From contig NC_090329.1 in the NCBI RefSeq assembly GCF_035084215.1, positions 23,994,001-24,058,000 on the forward strand: a stretch of DNA of 64,000 bases, given 5' to 3'. This DNA is from Heptranchias perlo (taxonomy: Eukaryota). The position numbers were made by a program, and so were the translations under genes. The notes under the pieces are model-generated. The model made no database searches. It was not told the origin of the DNA and worked only from the letters and a program-made list of their open reading frames with translations. Position 1 is the stretch's first letter, and every line of letters begins with the position of its first letter. Of the stretch, positions 1 through 12,806 are shown in pieces.

Positions 1-434
1 TCTGGGCACCACACATTAGGAAGGATTGCAAAGCCTTGGAGAAGGTGCAGAGAAGATGAGGGACTTCAGTTATGTGGAGAGACTAGAGAAGCTGGGATTG
101 TTCTCCTTAGAGCAGAGAAAGTTGAGGGGAAATTTAATAGAGGTGTTCAAAATTATGAAGGGTTTTGATAGAGTAGATAGGAAGAAACTGTTTCCAGTGG
201 CAGGAGGATCAATAACCAGAGGACACAGATTGAAGATAATTGGCAAAAAAGTCAGAGGGGAGATGAAGAGAATTTTTTTTATGCGAGTTGCTATGATCTG
301 GAATGCACTGCCTGAAAGGGCGGTGGAAGCAAATTCAATAGTAACTTTCAAAAGGGAATTAGATAAATACTTGAAAAGGAAAAATTTGCAGGGCTATGGG
401 GAAAGAGCAGGAGAGCGGGGCTAATTGGATAACT
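1..434 (+). mobile_element. CR1 LINE 3' fragment (ORF2 C-terminus and tail), interrupted by a Penelope insertion
   Basis: Translation RLEKLGLFSLEQRKLRGNLIEVFKIMKG...TRGH...WNALP is the typical CR1 ORF2 C-terminus; the tail resumes as gtataattctatga near 1673. Confidence 0.9.
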
Positions 435-1671
435 CGTCCCGTGTTAGTCTCCTGAGGAAGTCTATGCGATTTTTTGCTGTGGCCCATCGGAACTGTCGAT
501 CGATGAGTCGAGCGTCATATCCCGTTCTTACTAGGGCGTCTTTCAGCGTCTGTAGGTGTCCATCGCGTTCCTCCTCGTCTGAGCAGACCCTGTGTATTCG
601 CATAGACCTCCTCAGGAGACTAACACGGGACGCAACCAACAGAGTACCCTTTGTCGTCCAGTACTTCCCCGGAGCGGAGAAACTACGCCATGTTCTCCGC
701 AGCCTTCAACATGTCATCAATGACGACGAACACCTCGCTATGGCCATCCCCACACCTCCACTACTCGCCTTTAAACAGCCACCCAACCTCAAACAGACCA
801 TCGTTCGCAGCAAATTACCTAGCTTTCAAGAGAACAGCATCCACGACACCACACAACCCTGCCACGGTAACCTCTGCAAGACATGCCAGATCATCGACAC
901 AGATACCACCATCACACGAGAGGACACCACCCACCAGGTGCATGGTTCATACTCCTGTGACTCGGCCAACGTTGTCTACCTCATACGTTGCAGGAAAGGA
1001 TGCCCCAGAGCATGGTACATTGGCGAGACCATGCAGACGCTGCGACAACGGATGAACGGACACCGCGCAACAATCGCCAGAGAGGAGGGTTCCCTCCCAG
1101 TTGGGGAACACTTCAGCAGTCAAGGACATTCAGCCACCGACCTTCGGGTAAGCGTACTCCAAGGCGGCCTTCGAGACACACGACAACGCAAAATCGTCGA
1201 GCAGAAATTGATAGCCAAGTTCCGCACCCATGAGGACGGCCTCAACCGGGATCTTGGGTTCATGTCACGCTACACGTTACCCCACCAGCGAACAAATGTT
1301 ATCTGTTTTTAATATAACGGGTCAGTTGCTGTCTTTTCTATGTTTCTACCTCTCTATCTCTGTTTTTTTTTGTTTGTTTTTTTTTGGTGATTTGTATATT
1401 CGGAGACCTTGCAGGTAACACCTGTCTGTCTGCACACTGATTGCCTTGGCAACGGGCAGTTGAAAAAACTGTCTGTAATCACCAAGCATTGTTCTGTGAA
1501 TTATAAATGCGATTTCATTTCGAGGATTTCATTTCCAACAAACGTTCACCTGAGGAAGGAGGAAGCCTCCGAAAGCTTGTGAATTTAAAATAAAATTGCT
1601 GGACTATAACTTGGTGTTGTAAAATTGTTTACAATTGTCAACCCCAGTCCATCACCGGCATCTCCACATCA
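435..1671 (+). mobile_element. Penelope-like retroelement, 5'-truncated with inverted 5' segment; GIY-YIG endonuclease and 3' region with hammerhead
   Basis: Open frame to 1312 with CKTC, VVYLIRC...WYIGET...RMNGH...EQKLI...GLN (PLE GIY-YIG); 435-597 reads as upstream PLE sequence on the - strand; CpG-rich; 3' end atcaccggcatctccacatca is nearly identical to the copy at 60741. Confidence 0.93.
1545..1583 (+). ncRNA. Minimal type-I hammerhead ribozyme motif (PLE-associated)
   Basis: uucac-CUGAGGA-a-ggagg(aag)ccucc-GAAA-gcuu-gugaa: stem I, conserved core, stem II, palindromic AAGCUU in place of stem III. Confidence 0.85.
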
Positions 1672-2440
1672 CGTATAATTCTATGACATAGAATGAGCTA
1701 AAAATTTGAGAAAAGCAACTTTAAATAAGTAGGTATGCTGAATCTTAATGTTATTGTAGCATATGTTGTTTCATTTAAACATTTCAGGGAAATATTAATG
1801 GTAAAACGTAGTAAGATGTTTCCTTCAGTTACAGAACATTGTGTTATTTGTAGCTATGAATTTTGATAGTCCAAATTTCCTGAAGAAATTCCTGAGTAAG
1901 ATAGTTTGTAACAAAGGTTGACCCCAGCTAAACCTCTACCTGTACTTGAAAATGGCTGTGCAGTTAACCTGGGGATTGGGTATACCAGCAGAGGAGGTTT
2001 ATTCAAAGATTTATTGTAAGTTTATATCACTGTAGATATGACACAGTAGTTTTATGACACAGTTACTCTTTTTTTTAGCCCCTCAGTACAGATCATGTAC
2101 TTTATTTGCAGGCCACAAAAAGAGAGCCCATAGTCTCACAATAGACCTCATATTAAAAAAAAATCACACTCCCAGAAGAGCGTCACCCACTGGGAACACG
2201 TGTCGGGAAATCGTGGTGTGCTCCCGCGATTTTGCATCTGTTTTGGTGAATTCATAAAATGCACCCATAAGGGCAGTTCTTGACTAATTGGGCAATGCTG
2301 AAGGGAAATCAGTTTACAACATTCAGATCGCCCCACTTCAGGTGTCCTTAAAATCTGCCAGCTGATGACCAGTGTAAACTTCATCACTCAGAAGGCCAAA
2401 CTCCATATCATCTCATAATCCTGATCCTACCAACCTCACC

Positions 2441-3790
2441 TCATCAGCAAAGTGATGGAAGGTGTCGTCGACAGTGCTATCAAGCGCCACTTACCCACCA
2501 ATAACCTGCTCACCAATGCTCAGTTTGGGTTCTGCCAGAACCAATCAGCTCCAGACCTCATTACAGCCTTGGTCCAAACATGGACAAAAGACCTGAACTC
2601 CAGAGGTGAGGTGAGAGTGACTGCTCTTGACATCAAGGCAGCATTTGACAGAGTGTGGCACCAAGGAGCCCTAGTAAAATTGAAGTCAATGGGAATCAGG
2701 GGAAAAACTCTCCAGTGGCTGGAGTCATACCTAGCACAAAGGAAGATGGGAGTGGTTGTTGGAGGCCAATCATCTTAGCCCCAGGACATCGTTGTAGGAG
2801 TTCCTCAGGGCAGTGTCCTAGGCCCAACCATCTTCAGCTGCTTCATCAATGATCTTCCCTCCAACATAAGGTCAGAAGTGGGGACATTTGCTGATGATTG
2901 CACAGTGCTCAGTTCCATTCACAACCCCTCAGATAATGAAGCAGTCTGTGCCTGCATGCAGCAAGACCTGGACAACATCCAGGTTTGGGCTGATAAGTGG
3001 CAAGTAACATTTGCGCCAGGCAAGTGCCAGGCAATGACCATCTCCAAGAGAGAGTCTAACCACTTCCCCTTGACATTCAACAGCATAACCATCGTCGAAT
3101 CCCCCACTATCAACAACCTGGGGGTCACCATTGACCAGAAACTTAACTGGACCAGCCACATAAATACTGTGGCTACAAGAGCAGGTCAGTGGCTGGGTAT
3201 TCTGCTGCGAGTGACTCACTTCCTGACTCCCCAAAACCTTTCCACCATCTACAAGGGACAAGTCAGGAGTGTGATGGAATACTCTTCACTTGCCTGGATG
3301 AGTGCAGCGCCAACAACACTCAAGAAGCTCGACACCATTCAGGACAAAGGACCCTGCTTGATTGGCACCCCATCCACCACCCTAAACATTCACTCCCTCC
3401 ACCACTGGCGCACCGTGACTGCAGTGTGTACCATGCACAGGATGCACTGCAGCAACTCGCCAAGGCTTCTTCGACAGCACATCCCAAGCCCTGACCTTTA
3501 CCACCTAGAAGGACAAGAGCAGCAGGCACATGGGAACACCACCACCTGCACGTTCTCCTTCAAGTCACACATCATCCTGACTTGGAAATATATCGCTGTG
3601 CCTTCATTGTCGCTGGGTCAAAATCCTGGAACTCCCTACCTAACAGCACTGTGGGAGTACATTCACCTCACGGACTGCAGCGGTTCAAGAAGGCGGCTCA
3701 CCACCACCTTCTCAAGGGCAATTAGGGATGAACAGTAAATGCTGGCCTTGCCAGCGATGCCCACATCCCATGAATGAATAATAAAAAAAA
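2441..3790 (+). mobile_element. Non-LTR retrotransposon (CR1-group, second family), RT to 3' end, decayed
   Basis: QFGF, ALDIKAAFDRVWH, GVPQGSVLGP, FADD motifs; 3' tail aaatgctggccttgccagcg...gaataa(A)n; second copy at 31474-33233. Confidence 0.88.
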
Positions 3791-3825
3791 ACCTCTTCCC
3801 CTCCTCACTCGACAATCCTCACCTG

Positions 3826-4280
3826 TGGCTTAGTGGTAGTATTCTCGCCTGAGTCCAACGGTTGTGGGTTCAAGTCCCACTCCAGAGATTTGAGCACATA
3901 ATCGAGGCTGATACTTACTTCAGTGCAGTATTGAGGGAGTGCTGCATTGTCGGAGATGCTGTATTTTGGATGAGATGTTAAACTGAAGCCCCATCTGCCC
4001 TCTCAGGTGGATGTTAAAGATTGCATGGCACATTTCGAAGAAGAGTTGGGGAGTTTTTCTCGGTGTCCTGGCCAATATTTATCCTTCTACCAACATCACT
4101 AAAACAGATTACCTGGTCATTATCTCATTGGTGTTTGTGGGACCTTGCTGTGCACAAATTGGCTGCTGTGTTTCCTACATTACAACAGTGACTACACTTC
4201 AAAAAGTACTTCATTGGCTGTAAAGCACTTTGGGACGTCTGGAGGTCGTGAAAGGCGCTGTATAAAAGCACGTTCTTTAT
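3826..4280 (+). mobile_element. tRNA-derived Deu-domain SINE (SacSINE1-like) with L2-type tail
   Basis: A box ggcttagtgg, B box gggttcaagtccc, central gagggagtgctgca...gatgagatgttaaac...ctctcaggtggatg, tail tgtaaagcactttgggacg...aggcgctgtataaa; several copies in window. Confidence 0.8.
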
Positions 4281-4697
4281 TTCTTTCTCTCTCCCTTCTG
4301 CCTGATAAAATCGTTTTTAACGTGTTCTTTCTTTCTCATAGTCATGGATTCAGAGTGGAACATCACAGCCAGACAGCCTTTTTGCAATTGGTGATTCGGT
4401 TACGAGTAAGACAACACTGAGTCATCAACAACATAACTCACTTGTTGTAGTTGTCAGTTTTCCAATAAATGACCAAAAAGCCTCAGTTAGACCTGAGCGA
4501 TGAAACAAGTGAAGGTGCTGATGATAAATCAGTTATTTAACCCAACAATAGTATTTGAGCATTTGGCCATGTGCATGTTTTAGTACACTTCAATTCATTG
4601 GGGTTAATGTTACCAACAGTATTTGAGTAAATTAAATTCTAAATATTGCAAAGTTTAAGTCGCATAACAGTTTGTTATGTTTTGTTCCATATTCCAG

Positions 4698-4747
4698 GTG
4701 ATTTTCAAAGCAAAATCCAAGTACTACCCAGAGCTTCAAAAATACAG
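4698..4747 (+). CDS. GPR137B: GPR137B exon 2 (VIFKAKSKYYPELQKYR)
   Basis: ccag acceptor, AG|gtacag donor, 50 nt; matches recalled human VIFKAKSKYSPELLKYR. Confidence 0.9.
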
Positions 4748-4999
4748 GTACAGTCATAATCTACACTTTGTTACCATTATATAGTAGTCACAGTCTGTCA
4801 TTATTATATAGTCATAATCTACACTCAATTACCATTATGTAGTAGTCACAATCTACAGTATATTACAATTATGTAATATAGTCACAATCTACACTGTATT
4901 ACAATTATATAGTACATTCACAGTCTACACTCTATTACAATTATGTGGTACAGTCACAGTCTACACTCTATTGCCATTGTATAGCACAGTCGTAATCTA
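4748..4999. repeat. Degenerate ~36-bp minisatellite, left part
   Basis: About 7-8 units like gtacagtcacaatctacactctattaccattatata, starting at the exon 2 donor. Confidence 0.85.
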
Positions 5000-6475
5000 A
5001 GAACATAAGAAACAGGAGCAGGAGAAGGCCATACGGCCCCTCGAGCCTGCTCCACCATTCAATAAGATCATGGCTGATCTTCTACCTCAACTCCACTTTC
5101 CCGTCCCATCCCCATATCCCTTGATTCCCTTAGTGTCCAAGCATCTATCGATCTCAGTCTTGAATATACTCAACGACTGTGCATCCACAGCCCTCTGGGG
5201 TAGAGAGTTCCAAAGATTCACAACCCTCTGAGTGAAGAAAGTTTTCCTCATCTCGGTCCTAAATGGCCGACCCCTTATCCTGAGACTATGCCCCCTAGCT
5301 CTAGACTTCAGCCAGGAGAAACAGCCTCTCAGCATCTACCCTGTCAAGCCCTCTAATAATTTTATACATTTCAATGAGATCACCTCTCATTCTTCTAAAC
5401 TCCAGAGAATATAGGCCCATTCTACTCAATCTCTCCTCATAGGACAACCGTCTCATCCCAGGAATTAATCTAGTGAACCTTCGTTGCACCCCCTCTAAGA
5501 CAAGTATACCCTTCCTTAGGTAAGGAGACCAAAACTGTACGCAGTACTCCAAGTGTGGTCTCACCAGAGCCCTATATAATTGCAGCAAGACTTCTTGTAC
5601 TCCAACCCCTTTGCAATAAAGGCTAACATATCATTTGCCTTCCTAATTGCTTGCTGCATGTTAACTTTGTGATTCGTGTACAAAGGACACCCAAATCCCT
5701 CTGACTACCAACAGTTCTTAGTCTCTCACCTTTTAAAAAATATTCTGCTTTTCTATTCTTCCTACCAAAGTGGATAATTTCATATTTCCCCACATTATAC
5801 TCCATCTGCCACCTTCTCACCCACTCGCTTAACCTGTCTATATCCCTTTGCAGACTCTTTGTGTCCTCCTCACAGCTTATTTCCCATCTAGCTTTGTATC
5901 GTCAGCAAACTTGGATACATTACACTTGTTCCCCTCACCTAAGTCATTGATATAGATTGTAAATAGCTGAGGCCCAAGCACTGTTAGTTGCGGCACCCCA
6001 CAGTTACAACTTGCCAATCTGAAAATGACCCGTTTATTCCTACTCTGTTTTCTGATTGGTTAATCAATCCTCTATCCATGCCAATATATTACCCCCACCC
6101 CCATGAGCCCTTATCTTGTGTACTAACCTTTTGTGTGGCACCTTCTCAAATGCCTTTTGAAAATCCAAATATGCTACATCCACTGGTTCCCTCTTATCTA
6201 TCCTGCTAGTTACATCTTCAAAAATCTCTAATAGATTTGTCAAACACGATTTCCCTTTCATAAAGCCATGTTGACTCTGCCTAATCATATTATGATTTTC
6301 TAAGTACCCTGTTACTAAATCCTTAATAATAAATTCTAACATTTTCCCTACTACTGATGCGAGGCTAACTGGCCTATAGTTCCGTGTTTCCTCTCTCCCT
6401 CCTTTCTTGAATAGCCGGGTTACATTTGCTACCTTCCAATCCACAGGGACCATTCCAGAATCTAGGGAATTCAGG
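5000..6475 (-). mobile_element. CR1 LINE, 5'-truncated (RT to 3' tail), inserted in the minisatellite
   Basis: Minus-strand NYRPVSL, QHGF, YLDFQKAF, LVRPHLEYCVQFWSP; candidate TSD AATCTA at 4994-4999 and 6476-6481. Confidence 0.92.
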
Positions 6476-6595
6476 AATCTACACTCTATTACCATAGTAT
6501 AGTTACATTCTACAGTATTATTATTAGAACGTTCAGTCACAATCTACACTCTGTTACAACTATATTACCATTATATAGTACAGTTACAGTATATC
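6476..6595. repeat. Minisatellite, right part
   Basis: Same unit resumes: aatctacactctattaccat...cagtcacaatctacactc. Confidence 0.8.
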
Positions 6596-7239
6596 TTACA
6601 CTGGTTAACAGGCTGGATCTTATTTATGCAAGCTGAGATGAAGTCATTTAATTTAATGCTATTGTGAAGATCTCGTTTTGATGGCAATAAGAAAGCCACG
6701 AGAGATTGCCTGTTAATTATGTTACGAAATCATAAACATGAATGGAAAGGATGCCTTTGTGATTTCACTATCAATAGTGAATAAAGGAAATTTCTAGACT
6801 GTTAGAAAGATAAACCAAAGCTGCACAATGCAGCTACATTAAGGTTTAGAATTATCAATAATTAAGTCAGGAAAAACTCTCAAGAAACATAGTCTGTTTT
6901 CAGAATTTACAATCTTAAAAAAAAGTGAAAAGCTGCTACCTGGGGTCAAGTCTGCCCACTGGCTCAATACTCTGAGTGAGATTGTGCTCCCTTATTACTG
7001 AGTAACTCCAGGTATACTGGAATATCTATTTTCTGAGGACCAGACCCATCAAGCTAGATTTTCAGCATTGTTGCCTGGTATTGCCAAATTTTCGGAGAAT
7101 ACTCAATTGGCATTGAATACTTTAGCCTCTGCCACTGCACATCCAAATCACAGCAATTAGACTGTAGGTTTAGATAGGTAGTTGCTAGAGAATCAGTTGC
7201 TGAGACATATTCATAGGTTGTATAACTTAGTTGATCTAA

Positions 7240-7473
7240 GGCAAGATGAGGAGAATTTTTTTTGATGCAGCGTGTGTTATAATCTGGAATGCGCTGCCTG
7301 AATGGGTGGTGGAAGCATATTCAATAGTAACTTTCAATTGGATATGGATATATACTTGAAAAGGAAAAATTTGCAGGGCTATAGGGAAAGATCAGGAGAG
7401 TGGGACTAATTTGATAGCTCTTTTAAAGAGCCGGCACAGGTATGATGGGCCTTCTGTGCTATAAGATTCTATG
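7240..7473 (+). mobile_element. CR1 3' end fragment
   Basis: ggaatgcgctgcctgaa...gggactaatttgatagctc...gattctatga, near-identical to other CR1 tails here. Confidence 0.8.
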
Positions 7474-7597
7474 AACTCATTTTTTGTTATACTGACATGC
7501 ACACTTCATTTGGAAGAAAGGTAACAACATGCAGTACAACTTATATAAGAATGTCCTTGCTTGTGTGCTTGTTGATAAATGCTGCATGTTGATAACT

Positions 7598-8160
7598 CAA
7601 CAACAACTTGCATTTATATAGCACCTTTAACGTAGTAAAATATCCCAAGGCGCTTCACAGGACCGTTATCAGACAAAATTTGACACCAAGCCACATAAAG
7701 AAATATTAGGACTAGAAAGAGGTAGGTTTTAAAGAGCATCTTAAAGGAGAGAGAAGTAGAGAGGCAGAGGTTTCGGGAAGAAATTCCAGAACTTAGTACC
7801 TAGGCAGCTGAAGGCAATGGTGGGACGATGGAACTTGGGGATGCACAAGAGGCCAGAATCGGAGGAACGCAGAAGTCTCGGAGGGTTGTAGAGCTGGAGG
7901 AGGTTACAGAGATAGGGAGGGGCGAAAACAAGGATGAGAATTTTAAATTCGAGGCCTCGCCGGACCGTGAGTCAATGTAGGTCAGCTGGCACAGGGGTGA
8001 TTGGTGCAAGTTAGGATATGGGCAGCAGAGTTTTGGATGAGCTCAAGTCTATGGAGGATGGAAAGTGGGAGGCTGGCCGGGAGAGAATTGGAATAGTCGA
8101 ATCTGGAGGTAACAAAGGCATGGATGAGGGTTTTAGCAGCAGATGGACTGAGACAGGTTG
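7598..8160 (-). mobile_element. L2 LINE 3' fragment
   Basis: Minus-strand LIHAFVTSRFDYSNSL...QNSAA; tail caacaacaacttgcatttatatagcacc. Confidence 0.85.
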
Positions 8161-8205
8161 AGTCGATGTTGAACTCATACTGAATCGGTTTGTTTTTCAT
8201 TCTAG

Positions 8206-8428
8206 GCTGCCTCTCCAGTTGGTTTTCCTGCTGGCCAGTCTCCTGTTCCTTGTGGTAAACCTGACCTGCGCATTGCTTGTGAAGATCACACACACCGAAA
8301 CCAAGACCATTGTGTTTGTCCGTGTTGCCATCAACGATACCCTCTTTGTGCTGTGTGCAATCTCACTCTCTGTGAGCCTCTACAAGATCGCTAAAATGTC
8401 CCTGGCCAATATATATTTAGAATCTAAG
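8206..8428 (+). CDS. GPR137B: GPR137B exon 3 ([13 protein letters not shown]...[11 protein letters not shown])
   Basis: tag acceptor, AAG|gtttgt donor, 223 nt, in phase; [14 protein letters not shown] and [12 protein letters not shown] motifs. Confidence 0.95.
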
Positions 8429-9184
8429 GTTTGTTTCAGTAACTGGGTCATGACTTCATTTTCCTGTTAAGACTTTACGGGGAGTTTTCTTCTGATCATT
8501 TTCTTACCAATTCATTGCTGTGGTGATTAAAAGTAACGAAAACAATGATCTCAAGTCATGATGTTCCAGCAGAAATAATGGATTAGTAACAGTGGTAACA
8601 TCTAATATGGAGAGGGGGCAGATAGAGAGTCACTGACACTGGTCCAGTGTAAGACCACTTTAGCCCCATCAAGCGGATTCTGATTCCAGTGTTACAATTT
8701 AATTTTACAGTTACTGCAACAGGATATTATTTGATGAGTGAACCGAAGTGGACTGTACCAGTTTGTTTCAGAATCAACTTATAAGGATAATACTAATCCA
8801 CATCTTTTATGCCCGTCCGTCCGTTAGAACTACTAAATAGGTGTCCATATGATATCCTCAAATCACAATGGCACTTGGTTTGTGGTCTATCTCTCATTCT
8901 ATTTATGATTCTAAACCTGGAAATATTAAATCTCCACCATAGGATGTTATTTCTGTCTGTGAGTCAGGCATAACCATGATTGGAATGTGATCAAAGATAA
9001 TTCAATCTACGAAGATTGCAATCATGGCCCCGACCATCTCCCATAACCAAAATAAGCAACCGATTTAGGAACAAATATATAACCCGTCTTCAATTGGTTT
9101 TGTAGACTCATCATTCTGACAAGCCCAGCTCACTGCTTGGTACTGGCATCACTTCTACTCCATCTTTGATACTGGCATCACTTC

Positions 9185-10180
9185 AACGACAACAGCAACT
9201 TCCATTTATATAGCGCCTTTAACGTAGTAAAACATCCTAACTCGCTTCACAAAAGCATTATCAAACAAAATTTGACACAGAGTCACATAAGGAGATATTA
9301 GGAGAGGTGACCAAAGTCTTGGTCAAAGAGGTTGGTTTTAAGGAGTGTCTTAAAGGAGGAGAAGCAGAGAGGTTTAAGGAGGGAATTCCAGAGCTTTGTG
9401 CCTGGGCAGCTGAAGGCACGGCCGCCAATGGCGCAGCGATTAAAGTGGGGATGCACAAGAGGCCAGAATTGGAGGAGCAGAGGCATCTCGGAGGGTTGCA
9501 GGGCTGAAGGAGGTTACAGAGATAGAGAGGGGCAAATCCATGGAGGGATTTGAAAACAAGGATGAGAATTTTAAAATCAAGACGTTACCGGACCGGGAGC
9601 CAACGTAGGTCAGTGAGCACAAGGGTGATGAGTGAACAGGACTTGGTGCGAGTTCAGATACAGGCAGCAGAGTTTTGGATGATCTCAAGTTTATGGAGGG
9701 TGGAAGATGGGAGACCAGCGAGGAGAGTATTGGAATAGTCAACTCTAGAGGTAACAAAGGCATAGATGAGGGTTTCAGCAGCAGATGAACTGAGGCAGGG
9801 GTGGAGATGTGGCGATGTTATGGAAGTGGAAGTAGGCGGTCTTGGTGATGGAGCGGATGTGGGATCGTAAGCTCATGGATCGTAAGCTAATCTCAGGGTT
9901 AAATAGGATGCCAAGGTTGCGAACGGCCTGGTTCAGTCTCAGACAGTGGCCAGGGAGAGGGATGGAGTCGGTGGCTAGGGAACGGTGTTTGTGGTGGGGA
10001 CCGAAGATAATGGCTTCAGTCTTCCTAATATTTAGATGGAGGAAATTTTTGCTTATCCAGTACTGGATGTTGGACAAGCAACATGACAAATCAGAGCCAG
10101 CGGAGGGGTGGAGAGAGGTGGTGGTGAGGTAGAGCTGGGTGTCGTCAGCGTACATGTGAAACCTGATGTGTTTTCGGATC
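9185..10180 (-). mobile_element. L2 LINE fragment (RT C-terminus to 3' end)
   Basis: Minus-strand FHMYADDTQLY, LNIRKTE, VRNLG; L2 tail. Confidence 0.88.
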
Positions 10181-10679
10181 AACTCCATCTTTGATTATTT
10201 TTCCCCCACCCTGTCTCAATTTGTCTAATAATGGTTCCGGAAGTAAAGTGAAGTCTTTCCCATCCAGCTTCATCAATCTGGCGCTCACTTATTGCAAAAA
10301 GGTGCTGTTTTTATACTCAGGGTATGTTTGCTCCCTCCCCATGACCCCATCACTACAATGAAACCATCATATCGAAACCATCATATCAAACCCCTCAATT
10401 TGTGTCTTCCCATATTTCCCAGCAGGGAGATTTCCTATTGTATTATTTACCTCCTGTTTAAATGTTCTTAATATTATCCAGATCTTAATACAACTTATTA
10501 GCAAATAGTAACTCAAACACTCCTCTGCTCTCAGGAATGCGATGAATATGCTGTCTTTTTTATAGCCATCAACATTCAATTACAACAAAATTCCTTTAAG
10601 CTTCAGCATTGAAACGATACTCCCCCCAGAACCAAAAGACTTTGGTTTCCGGGCTCAAACTACCACCTGTTATACCACC

Positions 10680-11245
10680 ACAAGGCAATGGTTAAGCCGC
10701 AGTTAGAGTGCTGTGTACAGTTCTGGGCGCCCTATTATAGAAAGGACATTAAAGCCATAGAGAGTGTACAGCATAGATTCACCAAGGCAATGCCAGCAAA
10801 ATGGGAAACTAGAATTATGAGGAGAGATGTGAGATGCTGGGACTATTTCCACTGGAACAGAGATAGCTAATAGGTGATTTCATAAAAGTTATAAAAAATT
10901 ATGAAAGGCTTGATTGGGTGAATAGGGAAGACTTTCTTTTTGTTGGGGAGTCAGTGACAAGGGTCATCAATTTAAAATTGTCACTAAGAGAGTGAGCAGA
11001 GATTAGGAGAAATTTATTTGCATATAGGGTTGTTGGAGCATGGAATGTTTCCCCACATAGTGGTTGAGGCAGAGATTGTTACATCTTTTAAAAGGAAAAG
11101 TGGATTAATATATGAAGCAGAGGACTGTACAGGGAACTGGGGAGAGGGCATGGGACAGTTGGGTAAGTTTTGGATTGCTCTAACAAAGAGCCAGCACAGA
11201 CACAATGGGCAGAATAGTCTCCTTATGTGCTATAACCTTCTATAG
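10680..11245 (+). mobile_element. Old CR1 3' fragment
   Basis: [20 protein letters not shown] and decayed CR1 tail. Confidence 0.75.
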
Positions 11246-11614
11246 TTCTTTAGTTCCCCAACCTCAGTTAATCACTCCCCCATGGACCACTCTTCACCCC
11301 AAACATCCTTATGACATCTTGGAGAGGACTACCAGTCTGTGCAAACTCATTTCACTTAAGGACCTTGAGAGGGGAAGACTTTTATTCTATCATTTTCAAC
11401 TGGATTCAAACTCAGATCCCAGAGGAGTTGGGACAGTGTGCAAACCCATTGCACCACTTGGTCCACAATATTTCACAAGAGGAAACATTAACACATGTTT
11501 CTGAAAATTATTTGACATCAAATATTGCTGTTTGTATATTTGAATGGAATCGTTTGAGGTCAAAAAAGGAAGGTGCTGGGCATTGAAGATCCTCTGTTGT
11601 GTTTCTTTTCCCAG

Positions 11615-11764
11615 GGGACGTCCTTGTGCCAGATTGCAGTGGTGGGAGTGCTAATTATATTACTGTACACGACAAGGGCCTGCTACAACCTGGTTGCTAT
11701 TGCACTCACCTCCTATAACCACATCAACACGTTTGATTATGACTGGTACAACGTGTCTGATCAG
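11615..11764 (+). CDS. GPR137B: GPR137B exon 4 (GTSLCQ...FDYDWYNVSDQ)
   Basis: Polypyrimidine tract plus cag, CAG|gtcagt donor, 150 nt; RACYNL and FDYDWYNVSDQ motifs. Confidence 0.95.
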
Positions 11765-12254
11765 GTCAGTCCACTTCTGGGTCAGGTCAGTCTGGATCTT
11801 TCACTAAATGTTTAGAACTACTGGTTCTAACCAGCCAGTCACCAACTGATTGTGGACCAGGCAGACTTATGTTTTCTTGGTTTTTATCATTACAAAAAAT
11901 GTGTTGCATGAAAGGACTGGGTGGTGGAAGGGGTTAGATACTGGCTTTTCACCAACTCAAACTGACGGACATAAATCTTTGTCTGTCAGCTGTATGGGTC
12001 TTACATGGAATGAGTTTGGGAGTTTCACCCAGTTCCTAGTACGCATGGACCCCTACATTTGGGGCCAACTCTCCCTAACTTGGCAATCTCACTCACAGCT
12101 GTCCGCAGGAAAGACATGTGGGAAACAGCAAAAGTGTCACCCTCAAACAGTAGGGGGCATTGCTGTGAGGTGGATTGTTGGGACAAAACATCTAACTGTG
12201 CTGTACCTGATCTAGAAACCTTAATGCTAATATGGGCTCGCTGACCTACATGGG

Positions 12255-12642
12255 CTCCTAGTCGACCAACGCCTCGATTTTAAAATTCTCATCCTCCATG
12301 GCCTCGCCCTTCCCTATCTCTATAACCTCCTCAAGCCCTCAACCCTCAGAGATGTCTGCGTTCCTCCAACTCTGGCCTTTTGTCCATCCCCACTTCTTTC
12401 GCCCCACCATTGGCGGCCGTCCCTTCAGCTGTCTAGGCCTTAAGCTCTGGAATGCCCTCCTTCAACCTCTCGCCCTCTCTCTCTTCCTTTAAGACGCTCC
12501 TTAAAACCTACCTCTTTGACCAAGCATTTGGGCACTTGTCCTAAATCTCCTTATGTGGCTCGGTGTCTGATAACATTCCCGTGAAGCGCCTTGGGACATT
12601 TTACTAAGTTAAAGGCACTCTATAAATGCAGCTGGTTGTTGT
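12255..12642 (+). mobile_element. L2 LINE 3' fragment
   Basis: tttaaaattctcatcc...cagctgtctaggccttaagctctggaat...gtgaagcgccttggg...tataaatgca; inverted relative to the 9185 copy. Confidence 0.8.
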
Positions 12643-12677
12643 TGAGGTGCTGACATGTTATTATTGGTCTCACACAG

Positions 12678-12806
12678 GCGGATCTACATACCCAGTTGGG
12701 GGATCAAGGGTACCTGATATTCGGGGTGATCCTATTCATCTGGGAACTGCTGCCCACGACTTTAGTTGTCCTGTTCTTTCGCGTAAGGAGACCCGTCCAA
12801 AGTCTG
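12678..12806 (+). CDS. GPR137B: GPR137B exon 5 ([12 protein letters not shown]...[11 protein letters not shown])
   Basis: cag acceptor, gtaagt donor, 129 nt; [10 protein letters not shown] motif. Confidence 0.95.

Noticed and set aside
425-1312. 295-aa ORF as a novel host nuclease gene
   Set aside because: It is a chimaera of an inverted PLE segment and the PLE GIY-YIG region, opened at a TTG inside a CR1 tail.
3826-3885. tRNA gene
   Set aside because: A/B boxes run into a SINE body and no full cloverleaf is evident.
4748-4999. CRISPR-like array of ~36-bp repeats
   Set aside because: Units are contiguous and degenerate with no unique spacers, and the context is a vertebrate intron.
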